Source: a virus. From it: a stretch of 64,000 bases of DNA. The stretch is taken from IMG/VR virus record IMGVR_UViG_3300025127_000013, positions 1-64,000 of that record. The stretch is one strand, 5' to 3'. The notes beneath the pieces are model-generated. The model did no database searches and had not been told where the DNA came from. It worked only from the letters and a program-made list of their open reading frames with translations. This document shows positions 26,564-36,655 of this stretch, in pieces; position 1 is the stretch's first letter, and each line of letters begins with the position of its first letter. Made by a program: the position numbers and the translations under genes.

Positions 26564-27724
26564 ATGTCAAAAAAATATAATTTACTCTTGCCAATTGCTG
26601 GAAGAGCCCAAAGATTTTTAGATGCTGGCTATACAATGCCAAAGCCACTTATTATGTCTAAAGATAAACACATTATTGATTGGTCTATGAGTTCGATTAA
26701 TACAGAAGAATGCAATATGATTTTTGCTGTGAGATTAGAACATATCAACAACTTTTCAATTGATGATATCTTAAGAGAAAAGTTTGGGGATGACATTACT
26801 ATAGTTGTTATTGATAGGGTAACAGATGGTTCCGTCTCTACTTGCTTGTTGGCTAAAGAATATATCAATAATGACATGCCACTTATCATCTACACTCCAG
26901 ATGTATACTTTGAAAATCAATTTAATCCTGCAGACATCCCAGAGGATCTGGATGGTTATCTGGTAACATTCAAGGCCAACAGCCCCGCTCATAGTTATAT
27001 TGAATTAGACGAGAATAACATGGCTGTCCGCACCGCTGAAAAAGATGTTATCAGCACGAATGCTGCCGTGGGTGTTTACTGTTACAAGAGTGGCCGCATG
27101 TTTGTTGATTATGCAGAGGAGATGATTGAAAAGAACATCAGAACTAAAGGTGAATTTTACATCTGCCCAATGTACAACTTAATGATTCGAGATGGAGCAC
27201 AGGTTGGAATTCATGAAGCTAAAAAGATGCATGTCTTAGGAACCCCCGCAGAGCTTGAGTTTTTTGTAGATCATGTAACAACTAGATTTGGCAATAAGCC
27301 GGTTGCTCTTTGCTGCGATCATTCTGGTTTTAGAATGAAAGAGATAGCAAAAGAAAGACTTACAAAGAATGGAGTTGAGTATATTGACTTTGGAACTTAT
27401 GTTGACAAAGATTGTGATTACAACGAATATGTTACTCAGGCTGTTCGAGCAGTGCATGAAAAAACTTGTGATTTTGTTATGGGATTTTGTAGAACAGGAC
27501 AAGGTGTAAATATTCTTGCTAATCATTTAGACGGTATTCGTTCTGCATTGGTCATCGACGAATATACTGCTGAATATGCTATTAGACACAACTGTGCTAA
27601 CTTTTTTGCTGTTCCTGAAAAATATGTATCTGAAGATTGTTTAGATAAGATGATTAAGATATGGAAGGAAACCACTTTTGATGGGGGCCGTCACATGACA
27701 AGAATGAAAAAGACAATGGGCTAA
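26564..27724 (+). CDS. Sugar nucleotidyltransferase fused to RpiB/LacAB isomerase
   Basis: PIAGRAQRF...PKPLI; EK...A.VG.Y; GEFYI; then CDHSG...DFG...CRTGQG..ILAN...RSAL...HNCAN...FDGGRH. Confidence 0.9.
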   Translation: MSKKYNLLLPIAGRAQRFLDAGYTMPKPLIMSKDKHIIDWSMSSINTEECNMIFAVRLEHINNFSIDDILREKFGDDITIVVIDRVTDGSVSTCLLAKEYINNDMPLIIYTPDVYFENQFNPADIPEDLDGYLVTFKANSPAHSYIELDENNMAVRTAEKDVISTNAAVGVYCYKSGRMFVDYAEEMIEKNIRTKGEFYICPMYNLMIRDGAQVGIHEAKKMHVLGTPAELEFFVDHVTTRFGNKPVALCCDHSGFRMKEIAKERLTKNGVEYIDFGTYVDKDCDYNEYVTQAVRAVHEKTCDFVMGFCRTGQGVNILANHLDGIRSALVIDEYTAEYAIRHNCANFFAVPEKYVSEDCLDKMIKIWKETTFDGGRHMTRMKKTMG

Positions 27725-27725
27725 A

Positions 27726-28373
27726 ATGAAAGATATAGAATTACATAAGCGATTATTAAAACTGCTATATGAGCACAACGAGGAACATGTTGGTAGTTGT
27801 TTTTCTTGCATTGATATCATAGATTCTATTTTTGCAACCAAAAGCGAAGATGACATTTTCATTTTATCTAATGGTCATGCAGCATATGCTTTATATTCTG
27901 TTCTAGAAAAATACTACCCTCACATCGATGCTGATGCCCTTGTAGAAAAGCATGGCGGTCACCCTAACCGAGATGAGGAAAACCACATCTACTGTTCAAC
28001 TGGTAGCCTTGGTATGGGGATTATGATGGGTGTTGGTAGAGCCTTGGCTAAACCAGATAGAACAGTGCATGTTATGATTAGCGACGGCGAGTCCACGGAA
28101 GGTTCAGTTTGGGAAGCTCTTAGATACATTGAGGAAAAGAATGTAGACAACATTGAAGTTTATGTTAATGCTAACGGATATGCTTGTTATGACGAAATGG
28201 ATGTTGATTATTTAGAAAGAAGATGTAAGGCATTTTTACCAAGAATACATTTTCATCGCACTGAACAAGAAACATTTCCTTTCTCGTTTTTATGGGGTCT
28301 TGATGCCCACTATATCAAGATTAATGATGAGCAATATCAAGAAGCCTTGGAGGTCTTAGAAAATGAGTGTTAG
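27726..28373 (+). CDS. Transketolase-like, TPP-binding N-terminal subunit
   Basis: HVGSCFS, LSNGHA, GHP, STGSLGMG, SDGESTEGSVWEA. Confidence 0.9.
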   Translation: MKDIELHKRLLKLLYEHNEEHVGSCFSCIDIIDSIFATKSEDDIFILSNGHAAYALYSVLEKYYPHIDADALVEKHGGHPNRDEENHIYCSTGSLGMGIMMGVGRALAKPDRTVHVMISDGESTEGSVWEALRYIEEKNVDNIEVYVNANGYACYDEMDVDYLERRCKAFLPRIHFHRTEQETFPFSFLWGLDAHYIKINDEQYQEALEVLENEC

Positions 28374-28842
28374 AAAAGTATTCGTTGAATTACTTCACAA
28401 AGAAATGAGAAAAAACGAGGATATTGTTTTTGTAATTGGTGATCTGGGCTATGGTCATTTTGATGCAATTCGAGAAGAGTTTCCTGATCGTGTATTTAAT
28501 CCCGGTGCTGCTGAACAACTAATGCTTGGTATGGCTTGTGGCTTAGCCATGGATGGTAAGATACCAGTATGCTATTCTATGACTCCCTTTGTGTTATACA
28601 GACCGTTTGAAATTATTAGAACTTATATCGATTACGAAAAGATTCCTGTTATCTTAGCTGGGGCTGGTAGAGATAAAGATTATGCTTCTGCTGGCTGGTC
28701 ACACTGGGCAACAGACGATAAGAAGCACCTTAGTGGATTTTACAATATTGCGAAGCTATGGCCTGATGAAGACACTCTTAGACTAGAATTTGACAAAATT
28801 ATAAATACTAAGACACCATACTATGTAAACCTGTCGAGATAA
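28363..28842 (+). CDS. Transketolase-like, pyrimidine-binding subunit (no C-terminal domain)
   Basis: GDLG, FPDRVFNPGAAEQLMLGMACGLA, RPFE.IR, GWSH, PYYV.L. Confidence 0.9.
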   Translation: MSVRKVFVELLHKEMRKNEDIVFVIGDLGYGHFDAIREEFPDRVFNPGAAEQLMLGMACGLAMDGKIPVCYSMTPFVLYRPFEIIRTYIDYEKIPVILAGAGRDKDYASAGWSHWATDDKKHLSGFYNIAKLWPDEDTLRLEFDKIINTKTPYYVNLSR

Positions 28843-28844
28843 TT

Positions 28845-29612
28845 ATGAGAGAGAATTTTACTGTTTTAGTTCAAGGACCGTTAGAGCAAAATACAATTAA
28901 AGCAATTGAATGCTATTCTATGGACTATAAAGTTGTTGTGTCAACATGGCAAGAAGAAACAGAACTACATGATCATGTTCAACATCTTTGCAAGTTAAAC
29001 AATAATATTAAATTTGTAAATGAAAAAGCCCCTACAGTTATAGGTCCACCGGGCTTAGCTTGTGTGTTAAGAAACACAACTTTTCATTATGCAATTACTG
29101 GTTTGCAAAACGGTTTAAAATTTGTAGATACAGAATATGTCATTAGAGTTAGATCTGACGAGTTTTTTGATTCTCTTGACTATCTTGCAAACCTTTCTTT
29201 ACAAAACAGTGAAAAATTAGTGTTTGGTAACATATTTGCTCGTAAATGGTCTGATGTTAAATATCATATAGGGGATCACATTTATGCTAGTAAAACTCAT
29301 ATTCTCAAAAGTGCGATTGACAAACTTTACAAAATACAAATTAAAGAAACACCTTTTGAAGACTGGGCTGAGCAAGGCCCATATGCCGCTGAAACAGTCT
29401 TAGCCCATGCATTCTTAGCAGCAAAAAATTCTAATCAAGCTTTTTGGCATGATCTCAATACTTTTAAAAACAACTTTTTAGTTTTTGATATTAATAACTT
29501 TAGTGATTATAGAGTTCGCCATGGCCATGCTAATAAAACATGGATTAAAAATGATAGCCCATTTAACAATCAAAGATTCTTTGTAAAAGAAATGTCGGAT
29601 ATGGTTACATAA
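28845..29612 (+). CDS. WavE-like polysaccharide synthesis protein
   Basis: VLVQGP, VVSTW, GLKFVDTEYVIRVRSD, HIGDH. Confidence 0.75.
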   Translation: MRENFTVLVQGPLEQNTIKAIECYSMDYKVVVSTWQEETELHDHVQHLCKLNNNIKFVNEKAPTVIGPPGLACVLRNTTFHYAITGLQNGLKFVDTEYVIRVRSDEFFDSLDYLANLSLQNSEKLVFGNIFARKWSDVKYHIGDHIYASKTHILKSAIDKLYKIQIKETPFEDWAEQGPYAAETVLAHAFLAAKNSNQAFWHDLNTFKNNFLVFDINNFSDYRVRHGHANKTWIKNDSPFNNQRFFVKEMSDMVT

Positions 29613-29613
29613 C

Positions 29614-30231
29614 ATGTATGTTAATGAAGATTTAAAAATAGCATTTATACATATTGCCAAAACTGCTGGTTCTGCCATACACATTGCATTAAAAGATGCA
29701 TCTAATTGGCAAATGGGAGATATCAGACGAGCGGATCCGCCACCGCCCATACATCATATGACAGTAAATGAATTTATATCAATAAAAGAAGAATACAAAT
29801 CGTATTATAAATTTGCTGTTGTTCGGGAACCACTGGACAGACTTAGATCGGGCTATGTAGATTTTTTAAGAAGCGGTGATCGAATTGATTATAAGATTTC
29901 ATCTCTTCCAGTTTCTGAATATGAAAATTTCGAGAATTTTTGTGTTAACTTTCCAAACTCTGAGTGGGCCCGTGACCCTCACTTTAGACCTCAACACGAA
30001 ATGATATGCGACAGTAAAGATAATATTTTAGTAGATGTGTGTCGATATGAAAGTCTAAATAATGATTTATTAAGAGTTGGTGAAATGTTGGGGTTTTCAA
30101 CAAATCCATTTACAAATTTAGGTATGCATCGCCAAGGCCAAAAAGCATGGCTAGATTTATCTCTATCTGCTGAAACTGAAACAACTATACGAAACTTTTT
30201 TAAAAAAGATTATGAGATTTTAGGTTATTAA
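29614..30231 (+). CDS. Sulfotransferase (family 2-like)
   Basis: FIHIAKTAGSAI (5'-PSB), VREPLDRLRSGY (3'-PB), HFRPQ, RYESL. Confidence 0.88.
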   Translation: MYVNEDLKIAFIHIAKTAGSAIHIALKDASNWQMGDIRRADPPPPIHHMTVNEFISIKEEYKSYYKFAVVREPLDRLRSGYVDFLRSGDRIDYKISSLPVSEYENFENFCVNFPNSEWARDPHFRPQHEMICDSKDNILVDVCRYESLNNDLLRVGEMLGFSTNPFTNLGMHRQGQKAWLDLSLSAETETTIRNFFKKDYEILGY

Positions 30232-30232
30232 T

Positions 30233-30928
30233 ATGAAAGATAAAATTGGTTTATTGTTTAGTCATTTACATGTTAGAGAAAATGAACTTTACAAATTTAA
30301 TATGTTAAAGTACTCCATTGAGCACTTTAAAAATTTTGATTCTGACTTTTACATTGTTGTCAGTGGCCATGGTGTAAATCCTCCTGATTTTATTACACAG
30401 CAAATTGACGACATGTATTGGGAATCCCAAATTGACACAAACGAGATAGGTGTAGGACACCCAAAATTTTGTATTAAAGGATATGAACTATTATTGCAGC
30501 AAGGTATTAGTAACTGTATGAAGCTAAGAGGGTCAGACCTGATCACAAAAGAAGACAAGCTATTATCAGCTATAAAAACACCAAAAGTGACACTTACTGA
30601 ACAAACATCTTTTGACCGTGGAATGATTGGTGATTTATTAATGATTGGTCCAACAGCTATGGTTCAAGACTTATGGTCAAAAAATAGCTGGAACTACAAA
30701 AAAAGTGGACTATATAACCTATTTGATAATGCAAGAAGTCAGTGTGAGAATCATTTTGACTTACATGAGCAGCTAAAAAATAAATATAACTTTTTATCAC
30801 CTCATGAAATTGGTTGGATGACACTTGAAAATAATTGGAATGATCAAGAGTTAAATATTATAGAACCGTTTTCTCAAAAACATTTGTGGGGCCATATGCA
30901 GGGGTACGGCTATTATGGAGGCTTTTAG
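30233..30928 (+). CDS. Glycan-cluster hypothetical protein
   Basis: 231-aa ORF tightly packed in the operon. Confidence 0.65.
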   Translation: MKDKIGLLFSHLHVRENELYKFNMLKYSIEHFKNFDSDFYIVVSGHGVNPPDFITQQIDDMYWESQIDTNEIGVGHPKFCIKGYELLLQQGISNCMKLRGSDLITKEDKLLSAIKTPKVTLTEQTSFDRGMIGDLLMIGPTAMVQDLWSKNSWNYKKSGLYNLFDNARSQCENHFDLHEQLKNKYNFLSPHEIGWMTLENNWNDQELNIIEPFSQKHLWGHMQGYGYYGGF

Positions 30929-31389
30929 TGATATTGATAGCTCACAGAGGCAATACGAACGGCCCAAACCCTTCAAAAGAAAATCATCCTGATTATATAA
31001 AAGAGGCTTTAAACAACGGCTATCATGCAGAAGTTGATATTTGGTATCTTGATAATACATGGGTACTTGGCCATGACAATCCTGAATATGAAATTAATGA
31101 TAAATATTTTAATAATTTTAGAATGATGTCATTTTGCTGGTACCATGCTAAAAATTTACAAGCACTTCAACAGTTTTCTAGTAAACAGAAATATGCCGAT
31201 TGGAAATATTTTTGGCATGATAAAGATGACTATACCCTGACTAGTAATAAAAAAATATGGACATTTCCTAAAAAAGATGTTACATTAAACTGTGTAATTG
31301 TTTGTCAAAACAAAGCAGACACCGAAGCCATGATTAAGAAAAAAATATTTGGTGTTTGTAGTGATTATGTTGGCGAGGTGAAAAAATGA
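30928..31389 (+). CDS. Glycerophosphodiester phosphodiesterase/PLC-like protein
   Basis: GTG start; IAHRGN...ENHP...EVDIW...LGHD...HAKN...GVCSD. Confidence 0.8.
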   Translation: MILIAHRGNTNGPNPSKENHPDYIKEALNNGYHAEVDIWYLDNTWVLGHDNPEYEINDKYFNNFRMMSFCWYHAKNLQALQQFSSKQKYADWKYFWHDKDDYTLTSNKKIWTFPKKDVTLNCVIVCQNKADTEAMIKKKIFGVCSDYVGEVKK

Positions 31390-32348
31390 AATTAGTGGTT
31401 GTTACAGGGTGCTTGGGTCTTATTGGTCACTATGTGACCAGACAGTGCCTATCTTTAGGCTATAAAGTTTATGGAATTGATAAGCTAACATATGCTGCTA
31501 ATTATGAGTATATAGCCGAGTTGAAACGACACAAAGGCTTTACTTTTAAAAAAGGTGACATCGCAACACTTGATTATTTGCCAGACTGCGATTATATAAT
31601 CAACACAGCCGCCGAGTCACATGTTGGTAACAGTATTGTTAACAGTTCAGAATTTATCCATTCTAATATCACCGGTGTTCAAAATCTTCTTGAGTTGATT
31701 AGATTAAAACAAGGAAATGTTTGTAAAAAGCCTGTCCTATTTCATTTCAGTACAGATGAAGTATATGGTGATATTGTGTCTGGAGAGCATACTGAGGGCG
31801 ACTTTCTTAAGCCAAGCAATCCTTACTCTTCCTCAAAGGCCGCGGCTGATATGCTGATATACGGTTATGCTAGAACTTATGGAATTGATTATATAATATT
31901 TCGTCCCACTAATAACTACGGAATTGGACAATATCCAGAAAAGCTTATTCCCTTATCTGTTAAACTTCTCATGAGAGATAAAAAAATTAGATTGCATGAT
32001 GCAGGTGAACCAATTCGTAATTGGCTTCATTCTGCAGATACTGCAAGGGCTGTAACAACAATCATTGAGTCTGGCAAAGTAAATGAGATTTACAATGTTG
32101 CAGGTGGTTTTGAACAAAAGAATTATGATACAGTCTGTAAAGTTATAAAATCATATTTTGATAGACCATTACAATCTGATTTAGACATTTCTGAATATAT
32201 TGATTTAGAGCATGTCCGCCCCGGACAAGATGTGCGGTATGCTCTAAATGATGATAAGCTTCGTGCTCTTGGGTGGAAACCTGAGAGAACATTTGATGAA
32301 GAAATAAATAGCATTGTTAGCTATTATAAAAATAATTTTAAGTGGTAA
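31386..32348 (+). CDS. rfbB: dTDP-glucose 4,6-dehydratase
   Basis: TGCLGLIG, DKLTYA, AAESHV, STDEVYG, PYSSSKA, NNYG..QYPEKLIP, RPGQDVRY. Confidence 0.93.
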   Translation: MKLVVVTGCLGLIGHYVTRQCLSLGYKVYGIDKLTYAANYEYIAELKRHKGFTFKKGDIATLDYLPDCDYIINTAAESHVGNSIVNSSEFIHSNITGVQNLLELIRLKQGNVCKKPVLFHFSTDEVYGDIVSGEHTEGDFLKPSNPYSSSKAAADMLIYGYARTYGIDYIIFRPTNNYGIGQYPEKLIPLSVKLLMRDKKIRLHDAGEPIRNWLHSADTARAVTTIIESGKVNEIYNVAGGFEQKNYDTVCKVIKSYFDRPLQSDLDISEYIDLEHVRPGQDVRYALNDDKLRALGWKPERTFDEEINSIVSYYKNNFKW

Positions 32349-32368
32349 AATATACCAAAGGAGAAAAA

Positions 32369-32578
32369 ATGCAACTTTCAAATCAAGCACTTGGTGCAAT
32401 CATGTTGGCTCTTCAAGAATCGCTACTTGAGCAAACCGACATCGTTCCTGTACTTAAAGGTTTTACACTTCAAGAGTCTGGCGAAGGGTTAATTATTACA
32501 AACCCACCAACAGTTAGATTTACTGACAATACCGAAGTTACCAATCAAGATTTAGAAAACATGGTAGCTGATAAGTAA
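32369..32578 (+). CDS. Hypothetical protein
   Basis: SD AAGGAG before ATG 32369. Confidence 0.7.
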   Translation: MQLSNQALGAIMLALQESLLEQTDIVPVLKGFTLQESGEGLIITNPPTVRFTDNTEVTNQDLENMVADK

Positions 32579-32847
32579 TGCCAATATACAAGTATGAATG
32601 CACTGCTTGTAATCAAATTAGTAAGTTCATGCATGCTTCAACAGAGATCATGCTGCATTGTAAAAAATGTGGCACTGAGAATTCGTTAGTTAAACAACTA
32701 GCAAAACCTTTTGTAAATAAAGGTAATAAAACTTCCAACAAAGATTCTGAAGTTGGTGAGATAACCAAAAAATTTATCGAAGAAAACAGGAAAGTTTTAG
32801 AAGAACAGAAAAAAGAGTATTCAAACAAACAATATGACAAATCTTGA
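32578..32847 (+). CDS. FmdB-like zinc-ribbon protein
   Basis: MPIYKYECTAC...CKKCG. Confidence 0.85.
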   Translation: MPIYKYECTACNQISKFMHASTEIMLHCKKCGTENSLVKQLAKPFVNKGNKTSNKDSEVGEITKKFIEENRKVLEEQKKEYSNKQYDKS

Positions 32848-33166
32848 ATTAACACTCACAATAATATTAGCACTTTCTTTAATCGGTAATGTGGCACTGG
32901 CTGTTTATGCTCGTGCTGCTATTGTTAGGTTATTAAGTGTTGCAGACGAATTGTATGATTTAAAAGATATGTCTGATTCTCTTCTTAGTCATCTGCAATC
33001 TGTATATGAGTTAGAGATGTTTTATGGTGATGAGACATTAGGTTCACTAATGAATCATGCAAGGTCTTACACTGATCAGTTTGAGACTTTTGAATATATC
33101 TACAACCTTATAGAAGATGAGAATGACAACAGAGACACCGAAGAGGAAGAGACGGAAACGTCGTAA
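32834..33166 (+). CDS. Membrane-anchored hypothetical protein
   Basis: N-terminal hydrophobic helix, acidic tail. Confidence 0.7.
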   Translation: MTNLELTLTIILALSLIGNVALAVYARAAIVRLLSVADELYDLKDMSDSLLSHLQSVYELEMFYGDETLGSLMNHARSYTDQFETFEYIYNLIEDENDNRDTEEEETETS

Positions 33167-33830
33167 GAATCATTATTTTACACAAGAACATGAAGATGCA
33201 ATCGTAAGATATGCACAAATTAATTGTATAAGAGAAAGAACAGAGCTTTATGTAAGATGGATTGAGCCAGCCTTTAATGAAATGGTTGATAAAATTGTCT
33301 TTACATATAAGTTTACTAATTTGCCAAACATAGATTTGCTGCGAGACGAGTGCAAAATTTGGCTAATGACGATTCTTGATAAATACGATCAAAGCAAGGG
33401 CTCGAAAGCATTTTCGTATTTTTCAGTTATCACTAAAAATTGGTTTATTCATAAAGTTAAAAAACAACAAAAACAAAATAGAACCGAAGTTAACATTGAC
33501 AACATAGCAAAAAACTATGAAGAAAAATATTTGTCAACTGAGGAGTCATATCTTTCTGAAAGAGAAAGAGATGAATTTTGGATTAAGTTTTATGAAGAAT
33601 TAAAATCTTGGGATACCAATAGCATGAAAGAAAATGATTTAAAAGTTTATAAAGCAATATGTGTTTTATTTGAATCAAAAGACGACATTGATATTTTTAA
33701 CAAGAAAGCTATTTATTTATACTTACGAGAGTTAACCGGCTTAAATACTAAGCAGGTTGTAAATTCTCTTAAAAAGTTTAAAACTAAATATTACAATTTT
33801 AGTGCTAACTGGAAGAACGGAAACATATGA
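33117..33830 (+). CDS. Phage sigma factor, T4 gp55-like (candidate late sigma)
   Basis: NHYFT near the N-terminus and KYD...SKAFSYFSVITKN resemble region 2 of gp55-type sigmas; located just before the structural genes. Confidence 0.6.
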   Translation: MRMTTETPKRKRRKRRKNHYFTQEHEDAIVRYAQINCIRERTELYVRWIEPAFNEMVDKIVFTYKFTNLPNIDLLRDECKIWLMTILDKYDQSKGSKAFSYFSVITKNWFIHKVKKQQKQNRTEVNIDNIAKNYEEKYLSTEESYLSERERDEFWIKFYEELKSWDTNSMKENDLKVYKAICVLFESKDDIDIFNKKAIYLYLRELTGLNTKQVVNSLKKFKTKYYNFSANWKNGNI

Positions 33831-34129
33831 GTAATAAAGATCTGGATACATTAATGGCTGAAGCTCTCGGTAACATACGAAATGATCGTAAAGTCGCCCG
33901 GGAGTTTTTGAATGAGATAGCTAACATTATATCCACCGATCCAGATCAAAACAAGTATTTAAGCCCTGTTGCTGCCAAACACATTGAAACATTGCAGAGG
34001 TCAAATGAGCAGCTTGTTAAAATTATTTCAATCCAGTCTAAAAAGCCTGAAGCTGATTTTGAATTATCAGAAAATGATAAAGAAAATTTGTTTGATATGA
34101 TTCAAAACCAAGCCATGGAGGACAACTAA
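33827..34129 (+). CDS. Hypothetical protein
   Basis: ATGA overlap; 100 aa. Confidence 0.7.
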   Translation: MSNKDLDTLMAEALGNIRNDRKVAREFLNEIANIISTDPDQNKYLSPVAAKHIETLQRSNEQLVKIISIQSKKPEADFELSENDKENLFDMIQNQAMEDN

Positions 34130-35487
34130 TGGCATTTGGTGTTGATGACATTATAGATGCTACAGAAACCACTACAGGCGAAGCCGGCCTTGATATGTTG
34201 GCAGAAGCCGTAGCCAATTCTGGTATTGGCAAGAAAGATAAATTGGAAGGAAAAGACCAGTTTAATGCTGTTGTAATCTTTCCTGTCTTACCTGATGGTA
34301 GAACATTTTCTCCTACTTCGTTATCAGCAATGTTAGGAACTGATATTATATTTGGTGCTGATTCAAATCCAACTGATTCGGGCTTTACTGGCTACAGGGT
34401 TAGAATTACCGATGAGGACAATCCTCATGCCTTTTATCCAATGCCGTGTCCGATTGATGTAACCGCAGCCGGTGCACCATCTATAGCAAATAAAATAATT
34501 GGTGGAATGCACACAATGGCTCTTACTAACTCAGATATAAAGTTAGCACCGGGCGATAAAATTATTATAAAACTTAGAAAGCTAAATGGTAATTATGATT
34601 TGAAGTATGCTCACTTTGTTAGTCGCACTGGTAAAGATCAAGATTACTTTACCAAACAACAAAACAGAAGCTCACAAGAATCATGTCAAAAGCTTGGCGA
34701 TGTATTTTCTTTAGATGCAACATCATATTTAGCTGGCTCCCCGAATAAAGTAGTGCAATCAACTTATACTGGTTTAGGAGGAAGTGGACTTCAACTTATA
34801 AATGGTGAACTTCCTCCTAGCTTATTGGTGGAGCCAGATCCCAGATATACTGATTTTCCAAAAGGGTTTAAAATCTTAATTGACTGTAAAGCTGATTGGG
34901 ATAATTTAGCTAAAGCTTATACCGCGGTGTTTGGCAGAAAAATACAACCATCTGGACCTGCTTCTGGATTTCGTAGTTTATCAAGTCAAGTAGCCACATA
35001 TGGAAAGGCTAAATACACTGTAAATTCAGCCGGCCGTAGTGTTCGTGCTGCAGCCACACCCGGTGCGGGTAGACCTCCAACTCATGGTTTTGCCACTGCA
35101 GTAGATATAAATAGAGAAACACAACCCGGCGATACCGCAGTTGCAGCCAAAATACCAGCATTAAAGAAAAAACAAGATGAACTTAAAGCTGCTGGTATTA
35201 CAAGATCAATATCATACATATGGTTATTTTATAATGCTCCTGCTTTCAATTGGGGAAATCCTTCGTGGGCTCAAAAACCCGAAGCATCCACAGTTCTTGG
35301 GACACCATGTTCCGGCAAATGCGGTAGTAAGATTGAGCCATGGCACTGGGAGTGGAATAAGTGGTCTACTGTATTTTCAAATACCGTAAAAGTAGATAAG
35401 CCTCCTCCGGGTGTGTCAGATCCGTTCGCAACAAGCCCGCTTGACCCCGAATTGGATGAATTCGGTGAATCCGAGCAAGTCGTATAA
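34129..35487 (+). CDS. Virion-associated peptidoglycan peptidase (M15B/VanY-like domain)
   Basis: SGFRSLSSQ...AATPG...THGFATAVD...WL..NA..F.W...EPWHWEW. Confidence 0.8.
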   Translation: MAFGVDDIIDATETTTGEAGLDMLAEAVANSGIGKKDKLEGKDQFNAVVIFPVLPDGRTFSPTSLSAMLGTDIIFGADSNPTDSGFTGYRVRITDEDNPHAFYPMPCPIDVTAAGAPSIANKIIGGMHTMALTNSDIKLAPGDKIIIKLRKLNGNYDLKYAHFVSRTGKDQDYFTKQQNRSSQESCQKLGDVFSLDATSYLAGSPNKVVQSTYTGLGGSGLQLINGELPPSLLVEPDPRYTDFPKGFKILIDCKADWDNLAKAYTAVFGRKIQPSGPASGFRSLSSQVATYGKAKYTVNSAGRSVRAAATPGAGRPPTHGFATAVDINRETQPGDTAVAAKIPALKKKQDELKAAGITRSISYIWLFYNAPAFNWGNPSWAQKPEASTVLGTPCSGKCGSKIEPWHWEWNKWSTVFSNTVKVDKPPPGVSDPFATSPLDPELDEFGESEQVV

Positions 35488-35505
35488 GTTTCATTAGAGA
35501 GTTAA

Positions 35506-36648
35506 ATGTCTAAAAAGCAAGAAAAGATTTTTAAAAGGGTTAAAAAGAAAGCACAACGGCCCGAGTATATATCAAAATTAAAAAGTGATCTTAATAGAAC
35601 TGAAGAATTAGCTGAAGATGTAATTCAAAGTTCTGGTGCACCAACAGTTAATGATGCGATCAGAGAAGGCATTCCTGCAGATCTACCAGTTAATCCACCT
35701 CTTGAAACTTTGCAAGATAAAATTGATCTTGGTCAACCAATTCAATTTTCTGAAAATGGGATATTCCACACAGCTATTCCATTACAAACAATAAACTATA
35801 AAACCAAACCAAATGAAAAAGTTATTCAAAACGAAGGTTCGTATATTGTTTTAGGCACGGATGGTGACAAAGGAACTGAAAGTGGATATGGTGCTCTTGG
35901 TTCAAACAGGGCTAATTCAATAGATTTGGTCGTTGGTAGAATGTCCTCCGCCCGCAATGGAAAAGGACCAAAAGGCTCTGATACTTTGAAAGGTGCTTAT
36001 GTTGATGATTCATATTTTGCCGATGCGGCAAGAATCAACATTAGTCAATTGACTGATATTGATAAATCATTTGGATTATCTGAGACTAACACACCTCAGT
36101 CAGTTGCTCGTTCAGGAATTGGCATAAAAGCCGATGCAGTTAGAATTATTGGCAGAGAAGGAATTAAAATTGTAACAGGTAGAGCAGATGGCCCATCAGG
36201 TTTCGGTAGAAAAGGTGAGACTAATTCTTTAGGTGGCAAAATTGCTGAGTCTGCTCCAACGATTGATTTAATTGCAGGTAATAATACTGGTAATATTAAA
36301 GTTTGGGGAGGTTTGTTTCAACCTGTTGAAATGATACCAAATCTACAACCAGCAGTTAAAGGGTATATTACTCGTGATGCATTTAGAGATTTAGGCAACA
36401 TTGTTGATGAATTATGGTCTGCTGTTTATGCACTTACTCTTTCTCAAATTACATTTAACGGTGTTCTGGGTGCTGATCCATTTAGACCATGGGTGCCACC
36501 CGGTGCCGTAGCTGCAACAACTTCTCAAGTTTTATTTGTTATGAATTCTCTTTATCATACAAGGGTAAACAAAAATATGTGGGAATTCAACTACTTATAT
36601 CCGTTCGGCTATAAGTTTATTTGCAGTAGGAATGTCAACATAACATAG
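35506..36648 (+). CDS. Probable baseplate hub/spike protein
   Basis: Short beta-strand repeats (SYIVLG, SIDLVVGR, IGIKADAVRIIGREGIKIVTG); position upstream of the gp25-like gene. Confidence 0.5.
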   Translation: MSKKQEKIFKRVKKKAQRPEYISKLKSDLNRTEELAEDVIQSSGAPTVNDAIREGIPADLPVNPPLETLQDKIDLGQPIQFSENGIFHTAIPLQTINYKTKPNEKVIQNEGSYIVLGTDGDKGTESGYGALGSNRANSIDLVVGRMSSARNGKGPKGSDTLKGAYVDDSYFADAARINISQLTDIDKSFGLSETNTPQSVARSGIGIKADAVRIIGREGIKIVTGRADGPSGFGRKGETNSLGGKIAESAPTIDLIAGNNTGNIKVWGGLFQPVEMIPNLQPAVKGYITRDAFRDLGNIVDELWSAVYALTLSQITFNGVLGADPFRPWVPPGAVAATTSQVLFVMNSLYHTRVNKNMWEFNYLYPFGYKFICSRNVNIT

Positions 36649-36655
36649 GTATAAA

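Noticed and set aside
16685-32348. Bacterial LPS/capsule locus, implying a cellular or prophage-flanking origin
   Set aside because: No flippase, polymerase, exporter or housekeeping genes; it shares strand, composition and motif avoidance with the flanking phage genes
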